From: Raillietiella orientalis | Taxonomy: Eukaryota | DNA: 64,000 nucleotides | Direction of reading: 5' to 3' | NCBI GenBank assembly: GCA_036172245.1 | Contig: JAYWIR010000023.1 | Span: forward strand, 1,240,001 to 1,304,000 | Part shown: piece by piece, positions 1-12,600 of the stretch | How the letters are laid out: each line of letters begins with the position of its first letter | Numbering within the stretch: the stretch's first letter is position 1 | The notes under the pieces: generated by a model | What the model was told of the DNA's origin: nothing | Seen by the model: only the letters and a program-made list of their open reading frames with translations | Databases searched by the model: none | Made by a program: the position numbers and the translations under genes

Positions 1-1500
1 AGTACCACCGAGTACCATGGAGCTGGTTGATACCCTTCTCGGGGGTTGTCTCTCCGGGGTGTAAGGAGTGCACTGATTCCTTCATGGAGCGTTCTTCAGA
101 AAAATTAAGAAGCGTCCCTTCAAGGTTTTCTTCAGAGGAGGAATCAAGGAGCGGATCCTATTCGGGTTCTCTCCGGAGAAGAAATGAGGAATGCCCCCCT
201 TTCCCTACAGGGGACCTCTCCGGAGAGAATAAGGAAGAGGCTCCCCTCGAAGTTTCCTCCCGATCGTGAGAGGAACTGAATTCTTCCTCTGTAGCCTTCC
301 TGGATTCAGAGGGTGGTCTCTACGGGGTCACCCTCTGACTCGAAGAGTGAGCACGCGCCCTCAGTTGGCATGGACAGTGCTGAAGAGCTGAGTGAGCCCG
401 AGGCGGAAGATTCCTCAGCACTTGGCGAACCAAAACAAAAAAAAAAGCTGGAAGGAAAGCAGCGAAGCAGAAGAACCCGAAATTCTCATCATCTATGGCT
501 CGACATCTTCAATACCCTTTTCTTGGGAAAAGGGTATTGAAGCATCCACAAGCGCGAAGAGTTCTCGCGGCAGCGTTTCATCTTCCCGGAGGGTGCTTCG
601 GTTCCCTGGACCAGCACGACCTCTCGCTCCCCCGTGCCTTTCTCGCTCTCTCTCGCGAAACTTGATTCCATCTTCCTGGCGCTGGAGATGCAGCTTTTCA
701 GGTTTTTCCTTCCTTCTTTGCTCCACGTCCGCCTCGATCTGTGCCGCCGTTGCTGCGCAACGTCGGGTTCCGCTCATGTCTGGAGAAAGCGAAGTGGAAG
801 CGAGCGGCGTACGACGAAGCCTCTTCTCCCCTCTGGATTCCCACGCGAACCGCAACCACCGAAAGGTATTCGCCTTCCTCCTCTTCACCTCCACTTTCAG
901 GATATGCGATCTGCGTCCCCCCATCCCTTCTTTGCTTTCCCTCTGGGAGGCTCCATGGAACTTTCGGTGCTCGCTGTCCGCTCGGAAACGAAGGATAAGC
1001 AAATGGCTGAGGGGAATCCCGTGTTCACCCTTCTGCTAGAGGAAGGACTCTCTTCCCCCTCTTCCAGAAGAGAAAACATGTAAGAGAAGATCCAGGACGT
1101 GGCTTGAGACCAGCAGCCTCCCCCTGGGCTTCCTCTCCTAGCATCTCAGCAGTTTTCCGCGGCTGCTTCCTCTGGGTTCGACCAGGCAGCAAGATTCTGG
1201 AAAAAAGGGACTCCCCAGGACGACTCCTGAAGAGGCGAACCCGGAGACAGGAAAGAGGTGGCTCCGGCGACTCGGAGCGCTTCCTTGGACCCTCAACCTC
1301 CAGGAGAGCAGGCCCCGGTTCTTCAAATGAAACGCAAGTACCGTGCGCGTCAGAAGCCGTTTTCTTGGTCATCCGGCATGCTGAGGTTTTGACGAACGGC
1401 CAGAGGCGATGGTTTCGCCCTAACATCACTCGAAATAGTACCAATGAAGACTCCCAGCAACTCTTGCCGTTGTGCATCTTCATTCAACGCAGCTCCCTTC
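1..1500 (-). mobile_element. Decayed L1/Tx1-like LINE, ORF1 region
   Basis: Frameshifted minus-strand pieces (TAEMLGEEA, RVLPLAE, eroded zinc-knuckle region) resemble Tx1 ORF1. Bases 200-430 are visibly homologous to 18700-18975 (ctccggaga..aa..aggaagagg.tccc; ggattca.agggtggt; cagtgctgaagagct). Confidence 0.55.
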
Positions 1501-1987
1501 AGCGGTAACCAAAAGTCACGCGTTCAGGAAGAAACCGAACGTTCGCGAGGAAGCTGCTCGTACCGGTAGATCTCACGCGTCATGGCTCCTCATCCGGAAG
1601 GAAGCTTCACGCATCTTTCAAGAGCGAACACAACGACAACACTCGACACACTCCATCACGGAACGAATGGGGAACATTGCACACCTAGACCGCCAAGTTT
1701 CCCTATGCAGCCGTCGCGGCGTTGCTAGGGCGACCGACTTGCGTTCGAAGTATGTCCCTGGAGATTCGGGTAGGAAGGAGCGAAAACCGCAGGACGAAAT
1801 TTCGGCCGCACGGCTCGCAAGTCCTCGCTGGTGGACTCAGCCATCCGTAGAGAGTCGTTGAGCACCTTCTCGGGAAGGACGGAGTCACATGCACGCGATA
1901 CTTCAGGTGTGCAGAGGCGCAAAGCAAGTAGATATACTTCTGAGGGGGGGGAGGGGGGGGAAGGAGAACGAGGGGGGAGGGGGCAAG

Positions 1988-1989
<2 letters not shown>

Positions 1990-2024
<35 letters not shown>
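1990..2024. repeat. (GA)n microsatellite in a polypurine tract
   Basis: Directly visible. Confidence 0.95.
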
Positions 2025-2028
<4 letters not shown>

Positions 2029-3662
2029 GCCAGCTCCATACTGGAAAAGAGAATTGCAGAACGCACGAGATCCTGGGAGAACACTTTGAAGAGGATGCAT
2101 GCATGCACTGTCGATCCATGTGTACTTCTACGGATTCGTACCCTTGCATGCCCTCTTTTTTGCAGCACGAGGTCTTCCGGAGAACAAGGAAGAAATAGAG
2201 AACCCTTTTTTGCGAAAACCAGTCTCCTGGAATCTGCTTCCCTAGTTGATGGTCCGGGTCGTTCTCCTCGTGTTTGTGTTGTGAATCGCATCGGCGGAAT
2301 GAGGAAGATGTAAGCAAAAAAACACGGAGAGTCCTGTGAAAAATTTGTCTCGAGGCTTGGTTGCTTGAAGAGCTTCCTTGGCAATTCCGATAAAAGCCTC
2401 ATGAAAATAATTACCAGTCTCTTTCGCTGATTACGCAGCTGCAGAATCCAGAGCTACTGTATATATACATATGTGTGCATATATTTGGTTGTGATGTGAT
2501 TCCTTCTCTTTCGCTCTAACTCTAGTCCTAGCCCGTGACATTGGTTACAGATATTGATACTGTCAATTCCTGATAATGGGCTTCCACTGAACACAAAAAT
2601 ACAGACGAAGGACTGAATAAAAAGAATTGCGGAGATGCGTGTTTTTTTCAAACGTGTAGCTGAAAACTTCTGACGTCACAACGCACCTGATTGTTTGAGT
2701 GCTGCTGGAAGAAAAAAAAGACCAAGTGAACAAATGCTTAAAAAATGCAAATTTTGCGATTTGTTTCCTCGAGAAATAGGAAATGGGTTATTTGTAATGA
2801 AACAAAAAAAGCTGATGTTCAAGGTTGTTTTTTAGCTTCTGACTTTAGGAAATTGGAAAAAAATGCATAGCCATTCTTAACTGATTCGCACGTTTACATC
2901 ACGACTTACACCCTTTAACGTCATTATATGAATACATTACGAGAAAAGATTAGTTCACGATCTGAGTTTATGTTCATGTTTAGTTTATCTTCATATTTGT
3001 GTAATTTAGTGCAAACCAGAATATATTTTCTAATGAATCCTCCTAGTATGAAAATAAACGAGGAAATATTTGACAGAATTTTAGTAAAGTAAATCCAATA
3101 TCAATATTGTTTAGAATACCGTTTCGTCTACAAATACGATATTTCTGTTCATATAGTCTCACAATACAAAAAATTTCATACAAGCTCCAAAAACTTCGTA
3201 GTTTCTTCTCATGTATGTCAGATTTATTACCTACACTCCTGTTAGCCATGATCCTATGAATTTGCATTCCACAGTGGGCATTTCCGTTTTGTCTTCAAAC
3301 AAATTTTACATCTGATCCTTTATTAGTTTTTAGCGTGATCATTTTCGATTTTCACTCTTTCTCCCTTTTACGGAGACCTCAAATACTTTCATAAAGTGGA
3401 AATACAATGCAGCAACATCTTCAACCTGATGCTACTTGTCGTTAGTAATAACGAAACAATTTCAATAAAGTTTCAGCTCCAATACCTGCAAGCTCAGAAA
3501 TCCGGAATCATCTTTCACTCACACATGCAGTAACTCTGAGTAGTGATCACAGAGAAAATGGAGAACAGTTAATGCATCACTACAATCTCGGCGATTGTTA
3601 CTCAACGCTGACGCAAACTCCCGAGAAACCTTGGCAATTCTAAATCCGCAACCTGCTTAATC

Positions 3663-6600
3663 ATGACGTCTCGTAAAATCCACCAAGGTATGATTTCATT
3701 TTGGAAAAATAATCTCACAAGAAAAATCGCAAGCACCTCATTTTCCTATGTTGTTTCCTGACAAATATTTTCATATTTGGAAATATTAAAATCATGAACT
3801 TTATAAACAATTTTAAAGTGTTGCAATAACAGTTACGAACAAAACATCCATTAATTGTTGTGTTAAATCTAATTACAACTATATTTCACTTGAGCTCAAC
3901 AGATATTCTTATTTCCATAATACTTTCAGTTTAATTCGCTGCTAAATTAACATGCTTCCGCTTTTGTAATAGACATAACTTCCATATCTAAATATGTTAT
4001 TATCTAAATATGACTTTTTGGAGAAAATACCTCTTGAACCAATTGATTGAGCGAACGTTATTTACCTTTCCGTCGGAAATGTTCAGCTTGAAGCTGTCTC
4101 AGAATGAGGTGATTACAGATAAACAAATCTTTGCATCTTTGAGATGTGCACATTCAAAATATTTACATATTGGATCAAAGTTTGAACATTTTAAAGCAAT
4201 GAGCAAGTAGAAAGGACCACTATTTTCTTTGAAATGATAGAAAATGCCAGAGTTCTCATACAGGAATCATTGCTTTTTATTTATTTATTTTTTTCCGAGA
4301 TATAAATCAAAAGTAACGAAATACATTTTCCACTTCATAACTGTCTGCAAGTAAACACAAACATCAAAGGAAAAATGTGCATATTAGAGAAAAACAGTAT
4401 GACTTTTGTTTTGCATTGATGCTTTCTTTTCCTGATCTCCAAATGAAATCGGCGTTGTTTGTGTGCTTTTCAAAGATGAGTTTTTAATTTTTCTTTTTTA
4501 ACCAGGGAGATACCCACCCATTTCTTTGTTCAGAAATGGAATGTTCTTCCTCATAATAATAAATTTGCAGGCAAATTTGTGAATCTAAATTGCGAATCTC
4601 CAGCATAACCCTTTGCTTCACTGGAAAAAATCAATTTCCATCGAATGAAATATCAATGGCTATTTTTTAAATATGTTTTCACAAGTTTCAGTTTCATAAC
4701 CGAAACCAGGTCCGCTATTCAGAGGCCTCATTTTTTTATGTGGTGTGAGGCTCTGAGTTGTAGTTTGCCTTTATTCTTGATTTTCTAATATCCTGGAGAT
4801 CTCTGAAACCTTTAGCCAAACCTTTGGCTACCCTGAGATCCTGATTTGGTTCCGGCAATATGCATCGCTGAGTGCCTCAAGCCCAGGCTTCCGACTTTAG
4901 ACTCAGACAGTGCTTTCACAACTTAAGTTGGAATTACTATAGCTGATGCCAAGCACATGAACTTGATGTTTGGTGAAATCACCCTTTCATTTTATCTCAT
5001 CAAACCGGCCAGCCGTATTGTGCAGGAAACCGCGCAGATAATTTTCTGCTGTCCAAGTCGAAAGAGTGAGATGATGATGATATAACGTTTTGTGAAGTTT
5101 CTTATCAGAATGCTAACCCATCTTATATGACTACATTTCGTGTTAATGCCATTAACGAGGAACTTAGTAAATTATTCTCTTTCGACAGTATAGCTGAAAT
5201 ATGAAAAACTTTGCATCGTTGATGACTTTGGCTTTTCGGAGAAGTGCGTTTTCTGAAATGGGAAAAGGAAAAAAAAAACTGTTTTTTCCAAACAAGGAAG
5301 CAGCTTACCTTTTTCTTTTATTCCTGAATTTATTTGCTGTGAGAGCACAGCAATAAATTCTTCGTGTCTTTTGAAGTTCCGTACAACCAAAAGTACTTTC
5401 TATCGTAGGGGAACGGTCATTTATTTACTTCATTCTGGAATGATTCTTTATTGGGATACTGAGCAGTCCGTCAACTGATGCATCCTTATGTAATACAGCT
5501 TCCTTGCACAATTGCAACAGTATTTTCTTCCTGGCTAAATAATCGTAGAATGATGCCGTAGAAGTTTAAAAAATCGTAGAAGTTTCTCTGTACCTGCGCT
5601 CTTTTCGACATCAGCTTCATTTGGACTCGATTTGCGATGAGTTTCTGCGTGCTTTCGTTGCAATCGCGATCTTTCTGCCTTCGAAGCATCCGCAAAGTGT
5701 GTTTCCAAGACCGTGTTATTAGCAGAAATGTGATTCCCTTGCATCGATGGCATTATTTGATCATTCACTGCTTAGCTCTTCAAGATTCCTGTTCCTCCTC
5801 TTGTCGAAGGTGTCTGGAAACCAGAATTTCAACTGTCAAAGACTCCCAGTCCGTGCCAATGATTGATGATGAGAAGATTCCGATTTTCCGTTCGTTTCAC
5901 CATTCGCGTGTTAATGCATGAGCGCAGTCTCCTTTTATCAACTCTCATATCCTTTCATACACGGAATTTCATGTCCATGAACTACCGCCATGTAAATCAT
6001 TACTTAGGAATTGCATCTTCGCGATCTCCTTAGGAAGGCACGTTGCTCTAGCTGAAGCTCAACCTGTTGATATTTGATAATAAGTGTGATCTCAAGAGAG
6101 ATCCCATTCCTTCGCCCTTGCTGACTGAATCTTGCATCTCAAGTAGCGTCGTTTCCTATGAGGTCTGCAGTATGGGATAGAAGAAGCAGGAGCGAGCTCC
6201 CTTAGCTTTTCTTGCATTTCACGGAATTCGAGGAGAATTGAAAGGCGCCTTGAGAAACTTATTCACGTTTTGGGAACTGTGATTTCGTTCGTTCCGCACG
6301 CACATGCAGGACGGAGCTAATTTTACGCATCATCAGGAGCATGCAATAAGACCTGTGTCACTTAATGGGTCAGTTGTTGCACTGAATTCCCAGCAATATC
6401 GTGTATCCGATTCTTCTTCAAATAAATCCCCAAAAAGAAAAAAAAAACTGGACTTACTTCATCCAACTGCTTGAATGATGAAAATATGTCTATGTAGAAT
6501 TCTACAGTAGGCGAAAAAAATCTCGGCATCCAGGTTTGCACTGAAGTTCTCCATCACCAGTGATAAACAGCAACAGTCTGCAATTTGTGAAATCCTCTAC

Positions 6601-9600
6601 GGAATTTATGTTCCGCCGGATCCATACATTTTCCTATGGCACCTCCGAACTTTGATCGGCGATGCAAAAAATACTCGTTCCTGCAGCATCCTTCTCGTGC
6701 CTGTCTTGGTCTTCACCCTTTTTCTTCTTCCGATGTTTTAAATCAGCATTGCATCATCATCACTGATGCCTTTGTGTGCGGGAACACTGTCATTAGTAGG
6801 ACTGGAGCGCAACAGTCTCTGTAGCACCATGGATTTCCGAATTACGTATCATCTTCAACTGACTCATCATCATGGTCACGAGTCAGCAGTTGTGCTTTCG
6901 GGAAATTTGGGTTCTGAAATTCCCTTTCTCATTTGCAACAAACGCAAGAGGTTTTTCTCATTTTCAAAATGCCTGAGGCATGATCAGCTCATTCCAGAGA
7001 GCATCACCCTCAATGACCGACACTGCCCTTCTCACCTTGCGATAAAAACCTCGGCGCACCAGCTACATAGACGACCCTGTGTTAGGACTCAGGGGAGAAA
7101 TAAGCTTGGGTTTGCATACCTTGAGCGGGAAAGATCAGCAGGATGAGTCTCTGCACAGCTTGTTGTCGAGCCTTTTTCAAGGCAGTTTACTTTTAGGACC
7201 GAAATCTCAGTTGTCATCCAAACGTTTCAATGGGTTTAAAGAAAGTCTCTTTAGGTTCCTGACACATCCCGGCTGTTTCTTCTTCTTTCTTTCTCTTTTT
7301 TTCCAACGAGAGATGAGCTTCGTCGTGCCATCCGTATTACACTCCCGTGTAACATGCATGGCACCCCTCCTAGCATTGTGGCTCATTACGAGTCATCTCC
7401 TTTCATTGAAAGTCTGTAACAGCCCCATCCCAAGGCACGGTGTCACCGGCAGCCGCAAGGAAAGAAAAGAAAAAAAATTCTCTAAGTGTTTAGGCAAAGC
7501 TTCAGGAAGCCATCTTTTCGAGCTCTGTTGCTCTTCATTGTCCTCCTTGAAATTTATGAGCTGCAAATTTTTGCATCCATCGAGTTGCGGCATGGAGACC
7601 GTTGAAAAACACAAAAACACGTGTAACCCGTTACTCTAGTCGGATCTTAGCACTGACTACGCTCTGCTAGCAACGTGCTTGAGAAAAACGGCCTCGCGCT
7701 TTTTCCCTCCAGAAGCGATTCCTCCGTTCCCTTTGGTTTTCGAGGAAGCCTTTTAGCACTCGCCGTTCAGAAACCGCCTTTCCGTTCCGTTCGATTCTCG
7801 CAGTAGCAGCCTCACTTCTTCATTCACTGCTGGCCGGTGCTTAAATATTTTGCAAGACAGAAAGCTGGAATCACGCTGGTTCTCCGGATTTCTTGGCTCT
7901 GCGTACGTCACACCCGAGGTAATTGAATGCCTTGTTTTCAAGAGTCCAGGTTTTGAGCGCTACGCTGTTTGAGCCCGTCGCGGTGGTTAGTAGGTGTCCA
8001 GAATGTTTTCACACACAGACGAGGAGTGGAAAATGGTAACCACTCTGTTTGCATGGGGTTGCCGGGACACGGAGGCATTCGCGACTTGTTTGATCCTCGG
8101 ACGGATTTATTTGAAGTCGCTGACGCAGCACTTCGCGCCGCAGAGTTCAAAGTTTTTCCGGGCGGGAAGTCTTTCTGAAAAATGACTGACCCCTGCGACC
8201 TCGCGACATGCACCGGCCCACGGCTTTGGATCATTTCGCGCTCCTGGCGACGGCGCCTCATCGAAAAGCCCTGCAGGCAGCCGATGGGCAATTAATTGGA
8301 GTAGGCATCATTGCCTTCATCAAGCTGAATCCCATCCCCTATCTCGGAAGTAATGCTAGCGGCGATTCGGGCTTGGCTCTACGTTGCTGAGTTGAGATTC
8401 GACTGATGGAGCAAAGTATCACGAAAGCCCCTGCTGCACCAATCGGAACGAAAGAATGATTCCTTTTACAACCGATGCTGACATTAAAGACTCGATCTCT
8501 GTAGACCTGTTGACCGCCTTAAAACCCTTAAACACTTCTGTGGTGTTTTGGGCTGGTCAGCATTCATCTTTTGAGTGGATTTTGGCGAGCATAGCGGGAT
8601 GAACCTGAGCAGCCTACGCGTTGCTTTGGGAATTCGTTTGCTCTCACTCATGATGTTTGTTTTTTCTCTCTTTCTCTCTCTCTCTCCTCTTCTTTCTTGA
8701 TTCTTCAGATGTGATCGAACGGAACCATGTTGCTAAGTGTTTGCTTCTTCTAGTCATAGCACAGTACCAAGAATCCAGAAAGACGTTTGCTACCTGCGTC
8801 GCCGAGATCGCCGCTCGCAACGAAAACTGTGATCAGCTAGTCGAAAATGGAACCATCCAGCTGCTCCTACCTCTGCTAGGGGACCCTATCCCTCAGATCA
8901 GACGCACTTCCATGTTAGCGATAGGAAGGATTTCTGGATGCAAACCAGAATTCGCCGAGCTGTCAGCTACTCCACCAGTGCTGAAACAGCTGGTCCTGTG
9001 CACAGCACGGGATGATGTAAGTTGCTAGCGATTCTCTCCCCTTGCTTCATCCACCTCCATCTAAACCGTTCGTGCATTCAACCTTCAAATCGCACGTGAT
9101 GAGTCTGATCTTAGAACGACGGTGCTTACCCGCTCCCGTTCCGCCAACGCTTCCGCGTGCGTGCGTTCGATGCGCTTCAGAGTGGATGCCTGCTTTTTCT
9201 CATGAGAAGCCAGTCTCCCCCCCCCCCCCTCCTCTTACAGAGCATCCAACTCCCTCATTTTGTGCCTCACTTTTGGACCGAGGCCGACATCCAATAGCAT
9301 CATCGAGTTCGCCATGTCATCACAAGAATAAGAAGTGCATGGCTACATTAAATAGTTCTGAAGAGCACGCAATGGAGCAGGTGGCTTCCAATCTCCTAGG
9401 ATTGGATGACGTCCCGCGATCTGCGCTGTCCTGCGTGTTACCTGTTTGCTTGCAGAATGCGCTTGTGTGGTTGCATCTGTCTGTGGAATCAGATAATTTC
9501 TCCTTTCCACAATTCCCCGTTTTCCGTCGGTACAATCCAGGAGAACAGGGTCCTAAGAAATGCCTGCGCCATTTTCTTTCTTTTCTTTTCCTTTTTTTTG

Positions 9601-12600
9601 GAATTGGGAAAAGGCAATTTCTGCTTTTGGCGCTTCTAACTAACGATTATTCTGCTTCCGCCATCTGATAAAGAGGTCATATTTTTGCTAGTAACGGATC
9701 ATTCTCAACATCAGTACCGCTTCCCCGTGCGTCCCATTGTTTTCGTGGCGGAGGCTTGCGTGGTGAGGTGAGGGAAAGCGTTCCCGGAGAAACTCTGTGG
9801 GATCGGTTGGCACGGGAACCGAGAATTGCGCAGTTTCGGCATCCCGGACGCTCGCTTGCGGGCGTATCGCTAGCTGTCGGGGCGGTTGCGTTGACCGCCC
9901 CGACATCCGCGGCCTCCAAACGAAGCCGCGGCCGTTCCCTCTCCTCTCTGGAGGAAAGTTCACCCGTCAGGCCGACATGATGGCAGCAGGGGACCGACGG
10001 GTCGATTCGCTCGGACCTCGACAAGCCGAGTTTCCCGGACATCCTCCCGCCGACGGACGCGCTCCAGGAGGGATCAGCGGACGCAGGTGCCGGAACTCGT
10101 CACTGCAAGCAGCGGCGCACATTTAGCCACTCTCGTAAAAAGGGTGGAGGGAGAGGCCTGGGTGTGAGGGGAGCGGCAGCGGTGCGCGAGCTTTGGTCCT
10201 CTCGCTCGCTGCGAGAAGCACGATAGAGGATCCCATTTCGTCCGTCTAATGCAGGGAGCTGGGGTCCTGGCGCTGGGAAGATGGAGCACATGCAGGGGAA
10301 GGAAACGGTCAAGCAAGGGAAAGCATTCTCGACGACGGTTCCCCCTACCACTCACCCTCCTCCGCACACGCGCCGGGAGCAGCTCCCGGTTCAGCAGAAT
10401 CATGACCGTGACTCGGTTCGCAGGCAACTCTGGAAGAGCAGGATCTCCCGCGACCTCCCAAGAGTTTCCTCTCCTGCTGATGTGCGCACAGCCTCCCAGC
10501 TGGGAGCTTGGAAGGCATTTTTGCACCTCGTTTGCAGGAGGAGCGGAGTCCGATCCCGTCGCCGCTCGGAAAGTTGCCGCTGGCTAGGGAGGCATCGCCA
10601 GACAATCCCGAACGTATGGGGGAGAGGTCGGAGAGCACAGCCGGCGGTGACTGATGCAGCACGAACAGCCGCCGGAGACCGCTCGGAGAAAGCAGAGAGG
10701 GAATTTGTCGGGGACAGGCCTCTCACCCCCGTCGTTACCCCCCCCCCTTCCGGTGTTTAATGCAGGCGAATTTTGGGAGCAGCGGGAAAGACGGTGGAAG
10801 GATGAGCTCAGGAAGCGAACGCCGGGTCTCTCTTGAACCAGGAGAGGCTATTTGGAAACTGAGCCGTCGCTAAGCGATCAGTTGGCAGCGGAAGCTCAAG
10901 AGGACGGGACGGGACCTTTGGACGAAGTGCCTCCTCCGCGACGCTCTCTAAGAATATCGAGCTCTCCGGATAAAGGGGAAGAGAGGAGTAGGGAACAACA
11001 GGGAACGTTCCTCCAACGGAAAGAAAGTCCATCCGCTAAGGGAACGCGTTTTAGGAGCGATCGGCCGCGAGAAAAACCGGACCTTCGGGACCGAAGGAGG
11101 AGGAGTCGTGTCCACCGTGTACGCTGCCTTCTCCGTGGTCCGGCAGAGTCAAGGCTGGTTCCAAGAGACGCCCAGCATCGTCGGTTCCCTCGCCGTCCTC
11201 GTTCTGTGCAAGCGCGGATCGTCCTGCCTGCCCTAAGAGTCCAGAGCCAGGAAAGCGCTGAGATTCCTCATGAAGTACGGGGCAATGCACTTGGGCGGGT
11301 CGAGGATGGCGAGGGAACCCCCGGTGCTGGGCGTTTCTGGGACCTGGAACCTTGGCTCTGCCGGACCACGGAGAAGTTGGCGCATTGGTGGACACCACTG
11401 CTCCTTTAGTCTCCGCGGCGCGGAGACTGAAGGAGGAGGAGTTACGGTTGCACAGGACAGAAGCAAGAAAGGAAGGGAAGGGGATAGGGGGGGGGGGTAG
11501 GCGGGAAGGTGACGAATTCACGGGACAAAAGCGAAAAAGAAAGAAAGAATGGACTCGCTGCAGGATTCTTCGCGGATCATTTCGTCTGCTGCTTTCCACC
11601 TCCCTCGGTCCGCGCCTCTCCAGCCTCCAGTCCATTAAAGGAAATGAAAACTTCGTGAAGAGAATCGCAGAAAAGAATCCTGGAAGGAGCTCTTGGATCC
11701 CACTACCACCAGGGAGGACGGAGCAGTAACTTGGGGGCTTCCTCAAGATTATCTGTTTTTCCTAGGGTTTGTCCTGGCGTGCTTCTCAGACAAACACGAC
11801 TTCCTCCTCCCATTTCCATTTCCCTTCTATGCTTATCCGTTGTCCAGCTCGTTTTTCTGCGCTACCTTCCCTCTTCCGTTGTGGCGGCAGTCTCGGTCTT
11901 TTTTTCTCGGGAAGAAGAAAAAGAGAAGGGCGACACACGGGTCGTCGTCAAGTGCGAGTGGCTGAAGTGGAGCACGGAGGGGACGACGAACGGCCCCCTA
12001 TCGTTCCGAGACGAGTGGCTGAGTTGTAGGAAGAGGTGGGGCGATGGGGATTCGAAAGAGCAGCACGCTGCCAGCTTGGCTGGAACAGGTCGCAGCAACC
12101 CGAGATCCTTGAAGCGCCAGCAGGGAAACTCTGCTCATCGACATGCCTCTGGCACTGACGAACAGCATCGCGACTGCGATGACCATGAGGATGGATGTCC
12201 ACCATCCGCCAGTGTGCTGAGAGCGCCGGCGAGACTCCGGGAGAACAACGGACAACCGAAAGCCAAGAGCGAATGGGCCAGCCCCGTGGCGACTGGCGCC
12301 GCCGCGGCGTGCCGATGGACATCCTGGAACTGCGCAGACAAGACCGTGTGGGACTGCGCTGCACGACTCAAGCCTTCACACGAAGCAGCGACCTCCGTCC
12401 TCTTGTCTCACCACGTTGTCCCCACCTGCCCCTCAAGACCGTGCGTGACCTCCTCTCCGCCCAGCCGAAAATCGAGATTGAGCAAAGAGGGGACGGAAAC
12501 TGTACTCGGGCTGAGAGAAGCTGGCGTACGAAACTGATCCTGCCCGCTGGCGGGTGCGACACGGATATAGGCCATTCGCGTTCCCTCCATCGGATATCCG

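Noticed and set aside
3625..3638. Possible RFX X-box upstream of SPAG6 (gaaaccttggcaat)
   Set aside because: Four mismatches to the consensus; too weak without conservation data.
12470..12515. QRGDGNC resembling an OTU protease active site
   Set aside because: No downstream OTU features; it lies within a Tx1-like ORF1 remnant.
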